Assembly (NCBI RefSeq): GCF_006345805.1
Contig: NC_043015.1
Location: 4,464,001 to 4,528,000, forward strand
From: Octopus sinensis
Taxonomy: Eukaryota
Direction of reading: 5' to 3'
DNA: 64,000 nt
The notes under the pieces were generated by a model. The model was not told where the DNA came from. It was given only the letters and a program-made list of their open reading frames with translations, and did no database searches. Positions within the stretch are counted from its first letter, which is position 1. Each line of letters opens with the position of its first letter. Made by a program: the position numbers and the translations under genes. This document shows positions 13,322 through 26,218 of this stretch, in pieces.

Positions 13322-13439
13322 TGCAATTCCTTGTTGTAATCGTGTAGAAGCTTCAAGAAAATACTTTGAATTTGCAATTAAAATTTAAAGCTATGTGAGA
13401 CGAATTTCGAAAATGTGTTTCATATGCCCTCAATATGAA

Positions 13440-13712
13440 TATATATGTGTGCGTGTGTGTGTGTGTGTGTGAGTGTGTGTGTCTCTGTGTGTGTATACAT
13501 ATACTTACACACATACACGCACACACATACACACACAGGTACATATATATACATATACATATACATACATATTCATGTATGTATAAAGACACGTATGTCT
13601 GTACGAACCTAGTATTTTTATACATACATATATGCATATCTCTATCTGTATCTATCAATCTATCTCTCTCTCCCTCTCTTTTTCTCTTTCTGTCTGTCTG
13701 TCTCTCTCTGTC

Positions 13713-13792
<80 letters not shown>

Positions 13793-13796
13793 ATAT

Positions 13797-13889
<93 letters not shown>

Positions 13890-13890
13890 C

Positions 13891-13928
<38 letters not shown>

Positions 13929-14015
13929 ATATATATATGTACACAGACACATTTGTACACACGCACATGCATATAGACACACACATACAGACAGGCACAC
14001 ATATATATGTATATG
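13440..14015. repeat. Compound microsatellite (GT/CA/CT/TA)
   Basis: Direct reading. Source of the spurious IYIYIY ORFs. Confidence 0.95.
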
Positions 14016-14528
14016 AGCGCGTGTTTACTTTGTACTAATAACATCTTATTGTTGCTTTGCATGCTTTCATCTTTTCATGAAATGTCGTTGGTTGCAAATC
14101 TCTAGGTGAATGCTATACATGCATTTTAGACTACAGAGAAATATAATTTGCACTCATGCACATTCTCTTTTCAGCCACTAAACGTCGATTCTCTTATAAT
14201 TTAAATCTGTTGTAGTTGATTTTATGTGACACAGTTGCTAAGCAATGACTATCTATAAAGTCCTCGTAAATTCGTATTAAATAATCGTATTGAAACAGGC
14301 TGACATTTAATTAGTATTTTTTTCCCCTTTTATAACACTTTAAATTTTATCACTAACTTCAATATTCAAGGTTTCCGAAGAAAACATAGCTCATTCCCTT
14401 TTATTCTATTAGGATTACTATCGTTGAAATACGAAAGTTTTCCTTCAAATTTTCCCATAGACTGTGTGAGAAAGAGGTGGGTGTGTAGATATTACGTGCG
14501 AGTATGCTACTGCTTCCGTTTTAAATGT

Positions 14529-15417
14529 CACTAGCAGTATAGTCCGGCTATGCCCGGGATTAAGTTAGAATTATAAAGCTAATCAAATTCTTTTTTTCAA
14601 ACCAAAGTAAGTAACATCGACGTCAAATTTCGGCGAAATCCGTTGAAATTAGTGAACTTTTGGCTGAAAATGAGTTGCAGACAACTTGATTGGGAAATCC
14701 CATAAGGAATCGGGTTATCATTTGTTCCACTCATCGATTTTTTTCTTTCATTTTTGTAGAACTTAAAATCATTCAAATATACTATGAGTCCTAAGTAATG
14801 CTGGCATGAAGTTTGAAAAAAAACCAATCAAAATTGGTAAAATTATGGTTGAAAATGTGGTGTAGCCAATTTTATTGGGAAAATCTATAAGGAATCGGTT
14901 CGATTTTTTAATCCTGATTAAATCATCATAAGGAATCAGTTTATTGATTTTTCACCCCAAATAGGACTTAACCGAACATAATATTGCTGATTCAAAAACA
15001 TCTATATTTATACTTTCAATTTGGTTTTCCCACTCAACCCAGTTCTGCAGAATCAGTGTCGCTACGGTAGTGCAAGGTTTATGAGTTTGATCGGCAGAGG
15101 TGATCAGGTTGCACATATCAGTCCTTTGAAAGCCCCACCCCCATTATCGAAACCCCATTTGCCCATGGGTTGGGACCCTTTCCATCAAGGAAAATAGAAT
15201 ACCCAAATCGGCTCCCTATTTTCTGTGTCAGAAGCGGTTATGCTCAAATCACAACTAAGTAGGAGTGGCAGTGTAGCTTGCTTACGAACCACATGTTTCC
15301 GGGTTAAGTCCCACTGCGTGGAACCTTGGGCAAGTGACTTCTACTATAGCCTGGGACCGACCAAAGCCGTGTGAGTGGATTTGGTAGATGGAAATTGCAA
15401 GAAGCCCATCGTATATA

Positions 15418-15503
<86 letters not shown>

Positions 15504-16109
15504 ATGTATGTATGTATGTGTGTGTATATGTTTGTTCCCCCAACATCGCTTGACAACCGATGCTGGAGTGTTTACGTCCGCGTAACTTAGCGGTTCGGTA
15601 GAGGAGTAAAATAGTAATATATATATATATATATATATATGGGCAACACACACTCACACACACACACGCACACACACATACGTACGTACCACCTATTGCA
15701 TACATGTTTTTTGAACGCATAACTGATCGTGTTAACGTCTGTGTGTTGACGTATATGAAAAAAATTGTTTTTTCTCGATGGAGAAAAACAACAAAAGCCT
15801 TAACAGAAAAATTCCCGTTGCTAGAAGGCGACTTAAATCCTGTTTGTAGACAATGGTGATTTCTCCGACTTGAAAATTGTTAAAAGTACTGGTTGAAAAT
15901 TTATTTTTACTGCTATACGCTGGTGCCTCTGGGGAAAATAAGTTGACGAAAATACAGCTAGGATCATGACGGATGTTCTCCTTAAATTGGAGCGACATAC
16001 GTGCTAATTTCTGTACATGCATAAATTACATTCATATACACACACACACACACACATACAAACACACAGACACAAAAGCACACACATCCAGCTTTTTATA
16101 TATACAGAT
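14529..16109 (+). mobile_element. Possible non-autonomous Helitron/DINE-like element with a nested SINE
   Basis: The 5' motif cactagcagtatagtccggctatgcccggg resembles Helitron-N starts. There are internal imperfect repeats (ataaggaatc three times) and a 3' end cacacatccagctttttatatatacagat. Boundaries inferred. Confidence 0.35.
15260..15615 (+). mobile_element. SINE family A with an expanded internal (TA)n
   Basis: aggagtggcagtgtagcttgcttacgaaccacatg...ccactgcgtggaaccttgggcaagtg. Confidence 0.9.
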
Positions 16110-17270
16110 ATATTCTAGGCTCTGAAAATTTATGTATCTGCGAATTTACATAGAATATTGATCGTCGGTTTTTTCGCTATGCCAAAAATATGACATTTGT
16201 GTGTTTGTGTGTATGTGTGTGTGTCTGTGTTTATGTGTGTGTGAGAGAGTGCGCCCGCGTGCTTGTGCGCGTACATGTCTATGTGCGTGTGTGAGTGTGT
16301 TTGTGTGTGTTCCGATTAATCTGTTTGGAAACGGTTCTCTGTTTAGTCACTAAACATCTTTTTCGTAGAGTCAAGCAAGTTGTTCAGACATTTATAGAAT
16401 TTGTTTGCAAACTTCTAATAACCCAATATTTTCAGCGGGGGACAAATCTGGAGCCGTTTTGGGCATTCTATTTTCTCAAGTTAAAGTTACACATTACAAG
16501 TCGCTGTTGTTCTCTGTTACTATCGGAGTTATGTGTATTATGATCAATAACTGTATGAGTTACTCCTGTGTAGTATTATATATACGTGTGTGTGTTTTAT
16601 TTATTTTTTCTTTTTGATATCTATGGAAAGCCAAAGTCAAATGTCGCACAACTTTATATCAGTATATATATATAATTAAGAATAATAACTCGATATTTTA
16701 CATGAGAAAACTTCGAAAACCTATTAGTAAAACAGGTGTAAATACTTTTCTGAATATATACTTCTGAAATAGAAATTGGAGTATATCCTATGTGTGTCCT
16801 CTAGAATATTCCAAGATGAGTTAATCTCAAAATTGAACACGCATTCACTGAACAAGTACATAACCTAGCGATTCTTACAGACAATAAAAAAAATCAGAGT
16901 ATGCTGTCAGCAATCGTAATTTATTCACTTTACATCTATCATAATTTGTCAATAATATTATTACAAAAAAATACGTAAAGAAATCAATTAAATTCCACGC
17001 GGCCAAAAGTGCAGTACACTATTCCTTCTTCCCAAGAAATTACACGTTCGTAATTGAATCACTGAGAATGAGTCATTCTATTCCATATCACGCGTTTGCT
17101 TATCAGACTACAAATTATTATTCAATAAAATTATCAGAATGATCAACTCGTTTAAAAACACGAATTACAAAATAGCTACAGGTTCATAAACCTTAAATTT
17201 CTATCATATGAAAATTTAATAGTACATTCGAAAGTCCTATTGACTCTGGTTCTCACCTATATTATTGTTG

Positions 17271-17320
17271 CTATTGTTATTGTTGTTGTTGTTGTTGTTG
17301 TTGTTCTTCTTCTTCTTCTT

Positions 17321-17392
<72 letters not shown>

Positions 17393-17485
17393 GTTGTTGT
17401 TGTTGTTGTTGTTGTTGTTATTATTATTGCTGTTATTATTATTATTATTTTATTATTATTATTTTTATTATTATTATTATTATCG

Positions 17486-17516
<31 letters not shown>

Positions 17517-17539
17517 CATTATTATTACTATTATTATTA

Positions 17540-17585
<46 letters not shown>

Positions 17586-17695
17586 CATTATTATTACTAT
17601 TATTATTATCATTATTATTATATTATTATTATTATTATTATTATATTATTATTATTATTATTAATGCTGTTATTATTATTATTATTATTATTATA
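17271..17695. repeat. Long in-phase compound trinucleotide array (GTT)n(CTT)n(ATT)n(GTT)n(ATT/ATC)n
   Basis: Direct reading of the sequence. Confidence 0.95.
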
Positions 17696-18511
17696 GGACT
17701 CTCTCCTATGTGACGTGTGTTCATGAGGTGTAATTTTTTTCACAATTTTTTCAGATAGTATTGTTTTATGTGAAAAGTTTTACATTTCTGTAGCCAGACC
17801 GACTGAGCTTAGACGTTTGGTGAGACTTTACCCCTTTTGAGGTGAATTTTCATTCTAAATTCACCATGTATTCTCCTTTTTCAATTTTAAGATTTACAAA
17901 TTGTCCTTGGAGATGAGTTTAACTTCTTCCATCTGCTGTAGGAAAACTTCCAAAAATGTTTGAAAATTCACTGTCTCCGCCATCTCTGCGCCTTAAAAGG
18001 TAAAGAGGCGGACCACCAACGTCTTACTAGCACGTGTAATGCTGAAGAAGAGAAGGAAAACGAAGAAAGAAACGCGAGAAGGAAGAGGAAAAGAGTAAGG
18101 ATATTCAGTTAATGTTTGCTGCTAGCGTCGCAACACCTGTGAATCCAAGCCCTCCCATTACCACTAGTAACACTAACACATTGAACATTCAACAATAACA
18201 AAAAAACAAATTCATTAAATAGCCGAGGTTTTGCTTTACTGACAAAAGCCCAGAAATGAATTCATTAATGTTTTTGTAAATCTCTCAAAGACTACAGAAA
18301 CATGTTAAAAAGAAAAAAAAATGTGAAGTTGTATTTCGATAAACACTCCCCTGGATACTGTAGGCAATACAGACAAACGTACTATAGTGTACAATACTAA
18401 TCTTTATCGTTTAGAAACTGCCACAAAGCAAGCAGTTGAGAAAAGCTTCGTACCCACTTGGAAAGACTTAACATATCTGTCGGGGTGGGGGTAATTGAAG
18501 TCATATAAGAC

Positions 18512-18923
18512 GGCGAGCTAGCAGAACCGTTAGCACGCCGGGCGAAATTTTTAGTGGTATTTCGTCTGCCGTTTCGTTCTGAGTTCAAATTCCGCCGTTG
18601 TCGACTTCACCTTTTATCCTTTCGGGGTCGATTAAATAAGTACAAGTTACGCACTGGAGTCGATATAATCGACTTAATCCGTTTGTTTCTCATTGTTTGT
18701 CCTCTCTGCGTTTAACCCCTTGTGGGTAGTAAAGAAATAGGTATTCGTCTGCCGTTTCGTTCTCAGTTCAAATTCCGCCGTGGTCGACTTTGCCTTTCAT
18801 CCTTTCGGGGTCGATAAATTAGGTACCAGTTATGTACTGTGGTCGATGTAATCGACTTAATCCCTTTATCTTTCCTTGTTTCTCCCCTCTATGTTTAGCC
18901 CCTTGTGGACAATAAATAAATAA
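18512..18923 (+). mobile_element. Dimeric tRNA-derived SINE, family C
   Basis: ggcgagctagcagaaccgttagcacgccgggcg...gagttcaaattccgcc. The second unit restarts after aaagaaatag at about 18741. Confidence 0.9.
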
Positions 18924-19569
18924 GAGTTAAAATCAGATTTGCTACAGAAAACGTAGTAAAACAGCGCCCCCTAGCCCAGCTGTGAAACAGTGAGCTAATC
19001 TTAGTTGCAACATACTTAATATGGCACGTCGCCAAGATAAAAATACTGGAAATACCACTAGAAATAAACGTTTGCTAGATTGCCGCAGCCGCCATCCTCG
19101 ACTTGGTAGATAAAATCAGAATTTCCCAAGTCAGGAAACAAGGAAAAAGCAACTGGACTGGAGAAGAATTACAAATAATGTTTCAAATAAACCAAGACTG
19201 TTTGGGAGAAATTACTGACCATCTCAGCTTTCCAGATTGCACTATGCTGAACGTCACAGTTGATGGCAGAAGGCCAGGATGTTATCAATGCGGACAGAAT
19301 AACCACACGAAAGCCTTCTGGCCGCAATTAAAACAGAAGGATGGTACTATAACCCTTGATTCAAGTACCACCCACAACTGAAGCAACCCCCAACTACAGA
19401 AGCAACAACAACAACAAAAACAGCCCTAACGGGGGAAGAAACCCCACGAAAAGAAGGCAATGAAGACTCAAGCAAGCATAGCACCACAACAACCAACAAC
19501 ACCACCAGCACCACAATCAACTATCCGAGAGACAACAAAGCTAAAAACAAACGTGGCCACAAAAACACC

Positions 19570-19779
19570 GGCACAGTCATGCCTTTGGTTGTCAGAAGTG
19601 AAAGTAGTCAACTTCGTGTATTTCCGCCAGGTTTATCCCTTCGTTAATTTACGCCGTTTATTTACGTACCACTACGCTGTTAGGTTTATAAAACAATTGA
19701 AGTTCAGTTTAAAGTTTATAAATAAATACATTTCATGTGTAATGTATACACATGTGTATATATATATATATGTATACAC

Positions 19780-19823
<44 letters not shown>

Positions 19824-20279
19824 AGACACATCTTTAATTAAAATATTGACCGCCTTAAAACGGATTTCAACAGAAAAATATTACTATAATGGATAATATA
19901 AGCATATAACTACTTATACACACATACAATAAATACAGACACACACACATTAGTCAGACATATAGCCACATATACACACACACACACGTGGGTATGATTG
20001 GTGTATGTGATCGCGGTGGTGGTGGTCATTTCTGCAGATTTGGTGTGATTTCTTTTTTAAAAACAATAATGAATAGAATATATTTATTTATAAAGTTTAA
20101 ACAGAACATGGAATGAAATGTATTTATTTATAAACTTTAAACTGAACTTCAATTGTTTTATAAACCTAACAGCGTGGTGGTACGTAAATAAACGGCGTAA
20201 ATTAACGAAGGTATAAACCTGACGGAAATACACGAAGTTGACTACTTTCACTTCTGATAACCAAAGGCTTGACTGTGCC
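19570..20279. mobile_element. Intact MITE with 167-bp TIRs and an 8-bp TSD (Merlin- or Mutator-like)
   Basis: 19570-19736 is the reverse complement of 20113-20279 with about 5 mismatches. aaaacacc occurs at both 19562-19569 and 20280-20287. TIR starts GGCAC. Confidence 0.9.
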
Positions 20280-21489
20280 AAAACACCATCAACTCCGCTC
20301 TTGCCAGGGAAGAAAAGGCATCATCAAATTTCGACCCACTACCCGTTTCCGACTGTGATCACGCAGACATGTGCGAAGATGCCGAAAGAATTGATTGGAC
20401 AGAAGTCAAAAGTAATACACTAATAAAAGGCACAACAGTACACCAACAACTGAAAAGATGTACCCACCTCCAACACTACATTTAGTGTTAGTGGGTGATT
20501 TCAACGCCATCTTAGATGGATTTTGTGGTGTTAGCCGAGAGGAAAAGTGTTGCAAATCCTCGTAAATCTGCTTCAATTGTCCGACAAGGGAAAGGCGAAT
20601 GTTGATGCTGCTTGGTACTAACTTGGCAGACATGATAATTTGCATATTTCTATTTCACACATCTAGTAATATGTATGAAAGTACGTACATACGAGTGTAT
20701 GTGTAAATATGTATGTGTTTGTATTTACGTGCATGTATATACAAGTGTCGCTTAGTACGTTTGGAGGGAATCCGTTATAAATTTGTATATGCTAAAACAT
20801 TTTACGTTAAAGAAGAGTATAACCTATCTTATGCGCATTCAATTACGGATATGAAAAAAATGAGATCTCACTGAGTCAAAAGAAGAAGATTTTTTTTAAT
20901 TGAAATATGAAGATTCACGTGTCCATATACTTTAATTTTTTCATATATATGAATTACTTTTATCTCCTCTTTTTCTGCACCATATAAAATTGTTGGTTAC
21001 TACTTATCAATACTACATATTTCTAGTAATTTTACGAATGTTACCGATGACTTTCAAATACATTCACATGAAGAAAAAGTCATAAAAACAAACCTGTAAC
21101 CAAAATGTAGAATATATGTTACACATTTCGTCTTCAAATACATAGATAAGAAATTCATAAAATCTAATGAACCGAAAAGAAGTGAAAACTTATACGAAAA
21201 TATTAAAAGTTTTGCGAAGATTGCGAAAAATGTTTTACGATAAATACGTACATACGTATGGACATATATAGAAAATAATAGAAAACATGGAAGTGCTCGA
21301 GTCGAACCGCAGACGCTAGACAAGTTCAAGAGATAGGGGGAAGAATTTCCACTCAGGCAGACAATGATTGGTGTATACATATACGTATCTACAAGCAGAA
21401 ATAAAATTTAACTCCATATTAATAAATGCCCACATCATAGGATACCTAACACTACTCCAAATTACATTAATAAAACTAAAAGTATATAT

Positions 21490-21925
21490 AGAAACCCAAA
21501 ACGTTGCAATTGTAGGGACCCTGAATTTTGTTCGCTTGCGGGTCTATGTCTACGCAAAAATGTAACATAGAAATGTGACAAATAAAAAAAAAAACAGCTT
21601 ACAAGTGTACATATGGGAAGTAGCAAAGACTTCAAAAAACAGTGTAGAATACACGCAAATTCCATTAAGTTAAAACAGAAACCATACGGCGTTAGTAAAT
21701 TGTATGCACAATTTAAAATTGTAAATCATTAAATATACATTGTCTTGGTCGATCATATGTGATGTCCAACCCCACCCCTGCAATTACTGGCAGATGTCGA
21801 CTGTGTATAAAAGAATCGTATATAATCCTTTTTTAATTCTGATCTTTTAAATTAGTTCCCTGAAGCTATTCATTCGTTCAAACCATAGATATTTAAATTT
21901 CAAGAATAAATTTAATTCGAACCTG
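21490..21925 (+). mobile_element. Penelope-like element GIY-YIG endonuclease relic (Hydra-clade-like motifs)
   Basis: CNCRDPEFC (CxCx5C, 21505-21531)-SLAGLCLRKNV, then HMGSSKDFKKQCRIHANSIK and GRCRLCIKESYII (21789-), ending with an LNSR..LIRTC-HSN-like terminus. Stops and a frameshift near 21720. Confidence 0.75.
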
Positions 21926-22037
21926 CATAGTAACATTTTCTATAGTACACCAATTTATTGCCATTTGGTTATACTTTTTAAAAGAATAATAAAAAAAGCT
22001 CTCCCATCAATCCTCTTGATAATTTCCACAACTCGTA

Positions 22038-22413
22038 TGGAAGCACTCCGTCGGTTACGAGGGTTCCGGTTGATCCGATCAACGGAACAGCCTGCTCGTG
22101 AAATTAGCGTGTAAGTGGCTGAGCACTCCACAGCACGTGTACCCTTAACGTAGTTCTCGGGGATATTCAGCGTGACACAGAGAGTGACAAGGCCGGCCCG
22201 TTGAAATACAGGTACAACAGAAACAGGAAGTAAGAGTGAGAGAAAGCTGTGGTGAAAGAGTACAGTAGGGATCACCACCATCTCTGCCGGAGCCTCGTGG
22301 AGCTTTAGGTGTTTTCGCTCAATAAACACTCACAACGCCCGGTCTGGGAATCGAAACCGCGATCTTACGACCGCGAGTCCGCTGCCCTAACCACTGGGCC
22401 ATTGCGCCTCCAC
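22038..22413 (-). mobile_element. tRNA(Arg-like)-derived SINE, family B, with TSD
   Basis: The reverse strand starts gtggaggcgcaatggcccagtggttagggcagcggactcgcggtcg. Flanking repeat tccacaactcg at about 22025 and 22409. Near-identical to 60422-60804. Confidence 0.9.
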
Positions 22414-22504
22414 AACTCGCATATATCTTATATAAAACATAAGTCAATACATCCAAAACAATTAAACACATTTCTGCCACAAGCACTAATATTCTATTTT
22501 CCCT

Positions 22505-22745
22505 GATGATGGGGCATTCCATGTTCAGTCTCTAAGTCCTTACAAAGTTTGTAGACGAAAGATCTGGCAACTTTAAACAATTGAAATATTTCTAACTCGC
22601 CATGCTCAGCTGTTATAACCACAATAAAAGCATGTCTCTTCATTTCTTGAGTAAGCAGAGGATCTGCTGTTATTACTTTTCTGAATAAATATTATACAGA
22701 AGTAGCAAAATATGCAGCAATGACTCAAATACCATACGCACTCTG
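22505..22745 (-). mobile_element. Tc1/mariner (maT/DD37D-like) 5' fragment
   Basis: Reverse translation MKRHAFIVVITAEHGELEIFQLFKVARSFVYKLCKDLETE. Same family as 41197-42290. Confidence 0.75.
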
Positions 22746-22749
22746 CATA

Positions 22750-22809
<60 letters not shown>

Positions 22810-22819
22810 AACACACACA

Positions 22820-22873
<54 letters not shown>

Positions 22874-22900
22874 TCTTTTATTCTTTTATTCTTTAATTCT

Positions 22901-23296
22901 ATTACTTGTTTCAGTCATTTGATTGCGGCCATGCTGGAGCACCGCCTTTAATCGAGCAACTCGACCCCGGGACTTATTCTTTTGTAAGCCCAGTACTTAT
23001 TCTATCGATCTCGTTTGCCGAACTGCTAAGTAATGGGGACATAAACACACCAGCATCGGTTGCCAAGCAATGCTAGGGGACAAACACAGACACACAAACA
23101 CATACACGCATATACATATATACACATATATACGACGGGCTTCTTTCAGTTTCCGTCTACCAAATCTACTCACAAGGGTTTGGTCGGCCCGAGGCTATAG
23201 TAGAAGACACTTGCCCAAGGTGCCACGCAGTGGGACTGAACCCGGAACCATGTGGTTGGTAAACAAGCTACCTACCACACAGCCACTCCTGCGCCT
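22901..23296 (-). mobile_element. SINE family A
   Basis: Full-length, least diverged copy of family A in the window. Confidence 0.9.
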
Positions 23297-23311
23297 ATAT
23301 ATATATATATA

Positions 23312-24040
23312 CAGGGATCGGTAAATACATTGTCTAAATTCTGCAAATATGAAAACAACACTGAATTCATTTTAACAGATATATTTACCAAAATTACATG
23401 AAAACATCTTGAAATACTAAAGAGGGAATTTATTCAATAAAATCGCTGTTGGTTACAACTATGGCCTCCATACGAATTCGGAATGGCGGTGGTTTTCTTG
23501 TTTAAGTTGGTAAATACTGCCATAATCCTTTCCTTTAGTTCCTTTTCCTGTTACAAGAAGTTTCAGTTTGAAGAGTTAGGTAGCCAGAAGTTAGGTACAG
23601 AAGCTATGTTCTCTTGCTTGCGTGCCATGCACAGTCCTGTTCTTAGGCATAGATTTTTGAAGGCCAGCAGTACTTTCATCGGAATTCGATGTGCGCCTCC
23701 GTGTTCATTCTGTGGTCGCGTGGGTAGATGAAGCGAGGCATAATTTCGCTATCACAAACAATCACTCGAAATACCATAATGTTGACTGGGTGTTTGATTT
23801 ATATCACTCTCGGTACATGTCGTCACATTGCACTGTCCTCGGATTGACACCAAAACATTCGACAAATCAGTATAGCATGTAGTTTCCAAATTTTCGTCAG
23901 AGTGAATTGCGTTATGGTAAATGTCTTTGTCGTAGACCGGGCCCAACGTATTCTACTATATCTTGTAGTCGAAAAATCAAAAATAAACAACGCGCATGTC
24001 CGAAATAAAGGATATAAGATGGCAAAATTCCCTATCGCAC
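23312..24040 (-). mobile_element. Internally deleted maT/DD37D-like mariner relic
   Basis: Reverse frames give TQFTLTKIWKLHAIL, KHPVNIMVFRVIVCDSEIMPRFIYP, NFWLPNS and RIRMEAIVVTNSDFIE*. Confidence 0.8.
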
Positions 24041-24042
24041 AC

Positions 24043-24506
<464 letters not shown>

Positions 24507-25479
24507 GGTAGATAGATAGATATATAGATGTAGATAAATAGATATAGATATATACGCATATATATGTATATACATACACGTGTGTATATATACAGGAGCA
24601 TATTCGTACTCCATATATATACACCTCCATAGCTACACTTATGCATAGGCTTGCACACGTTTATCAGTATATACATACATTCATGTAAATACCCTCATAC
24701 TCATACTGCAGCGTGCGTGTTTTTATGCGTGTGTGAGTGTGTCTGCGTGGGTGTATCTTTATGTAATATGTGTGTGTGTATGTGTGTGTTTGTGTGTGTG
24801 TGTGTGAATGACCATGTCTACATATGAATTAAATTCATACATTTTCGAATAGGCATTAGAGGATAGAACTGTATCTACTTCTTCGAGGACTTCTTCAGTT
24901 CTTTGACAAGGAATGCTGAAATTCTAAGCTAAACATTATGAAGTTTCTGCTAGCAATGTACGCAATAGTTCAGATTGCTAGAAATAAATGAAATCGCCCA
25001 AGCAGCCGTTTCTTTTTACATTGCGTAGTTCGGTTCAACCCGGGAAGCACCACACTCGCTTGTTAGAAGCTAATAATGCTTCAACGAACAGAATATTCGT
25101 ATTGTTTCTCATTTAAAAATGTCACAACGCAAGAAAATCCTCAGATAAGTAGCATTTGTTTCTGGTTACGATACGAAAATGCTTTTGTTGTAAACACGTA
25201 AATTACGTTTCCTAGCGAGTAAAGAACATGTTCTTTATACACATTTATACACATGTTCTTTATACACATTTAACACGCGCTTACAAACCTACACCCATTA
25301 AGCACACATCCATAATGACATATTGTATTCGTTTCCCAACCACCTTGGGTAGTTGTCTTCTACTTTACGCTCGAGGTAAATTACGTAAAGTAAAACCGCT
25401 TCGCAAAGCCTGACGTTGCATTCTACCTCACATGCACATTAGGTTATAACGTTCTTGCTCACTTCCACTTTTATAGTAG

Positions 25480-26218
25480 TTCTTGGAATTATGGTGTGTT
25501 GAGTGTGGTCATGTCATCGAGAAAATTAAGCAGAAATTCCGCACCAAATTTTGCACCAACAAACTCTGGTGACATCTGCTTAATGACCTCTGCAAAGTGT
25601 ATGGAGTTTATAAACCGGACATGAATGTACAAGTGTGTCAAACGTGTTTAATATGGCCTACAAAATATGGACAATGATCCGCGTTGTGGGAAACACACGA
25701 CCAATTGAGCTGATGAAAACATCGGAGATGTAAGTATAACTGTTTCGAAATACATTCGAATAACTATGCGTGTGTAATCTAAGTATGTTAACATTAGTTA
25801 CTGTTCAGTACCGTCCATTACCATTGAAGATTTGCGTGTGAGTTGCATGTCTTCCAAGTTTTAGCGAAACTGCTTTCATTTGCAGCACTTTTGGTCAAGT
25901 CCAATATTCCTCGGGTCTAACAAACATCATATTCTCAAGATCTCGCTCCGTGAAACGTTTTCCTCTTTTCATAAATGAAATTTCATTTGAAAGATAAGAA
26001 ATTTAAGGACGTCGATGAAAATCAAGTGACTGCGACGTGGAAATTTCTCCCTATCACCAAAAAGGATTTCCAGGAACGATTCCATCAATGGAAACAACGC
26101 TGGATAATGTGTGTGGTTTCAGATGCGAACTACTTCAAAAGAGATTAAACGCCAAATTTTTGTGTTGTAGTATACTTTTTATAGCACCAGCCCAAACGCG
26201 TTTTGAACAGACCTTGCA
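25480..26218 (+). mobile_element. Internally deleted mariner relic
   Basis: N-terminal DNDPRCGKHTTN*ADENIGDV. C-terminal YSQDLAP*NVFLFS*MKFHLKDKKFKDVDENQ...FQERFHQWKQRWIMCVVSDANYFKRD*. TIR-like ttttgaacagaccttg at the end. Confidence 0.85.

Larger units (their letters stand above)
18050..20640 (+). mobile_element. Degenerate Tx1/L1-like LINE (ORF1 plus start of ORF2 APE) interrupted by a SINE and a MITE
   Basis: ORF1 reads LNVTVDGRRPGCYQCGQNNHTKAF (knuckle from 19280). APE motif LVLVGDFNAILD at about 20482-20517. The 5' boundary is approximate. Confidence 0.75.

Noticed and set aside
13353-14062. Long IYIYIY/CVCV ORFs here and throughout the track
   Set aside because: Translations of (TA)n, (CA)n and (TATC)n microsatellites.
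17892-17999. 108-bp segment with good acceptor and donor sites
   Set aside because: Stop codons in all three plus-strand frames. It could only be a non-coding exon, and there is no support for that.
18512-18923. CRISPR-like repeat-spacer array
   Set aside because: These are SINE multimers in eukaryotic DNA. There are no regular short repeats with unique spacers anywhere in the window.
25708-25755. CTGATGA-aaaca...tgttt-CGAAA hammerhead-like pattern
   Set aside because: It lies within mariner coding sequence (ADENIGDV). It has an A-C mismatch at 10.1/11.1 and no stem III or stem I.
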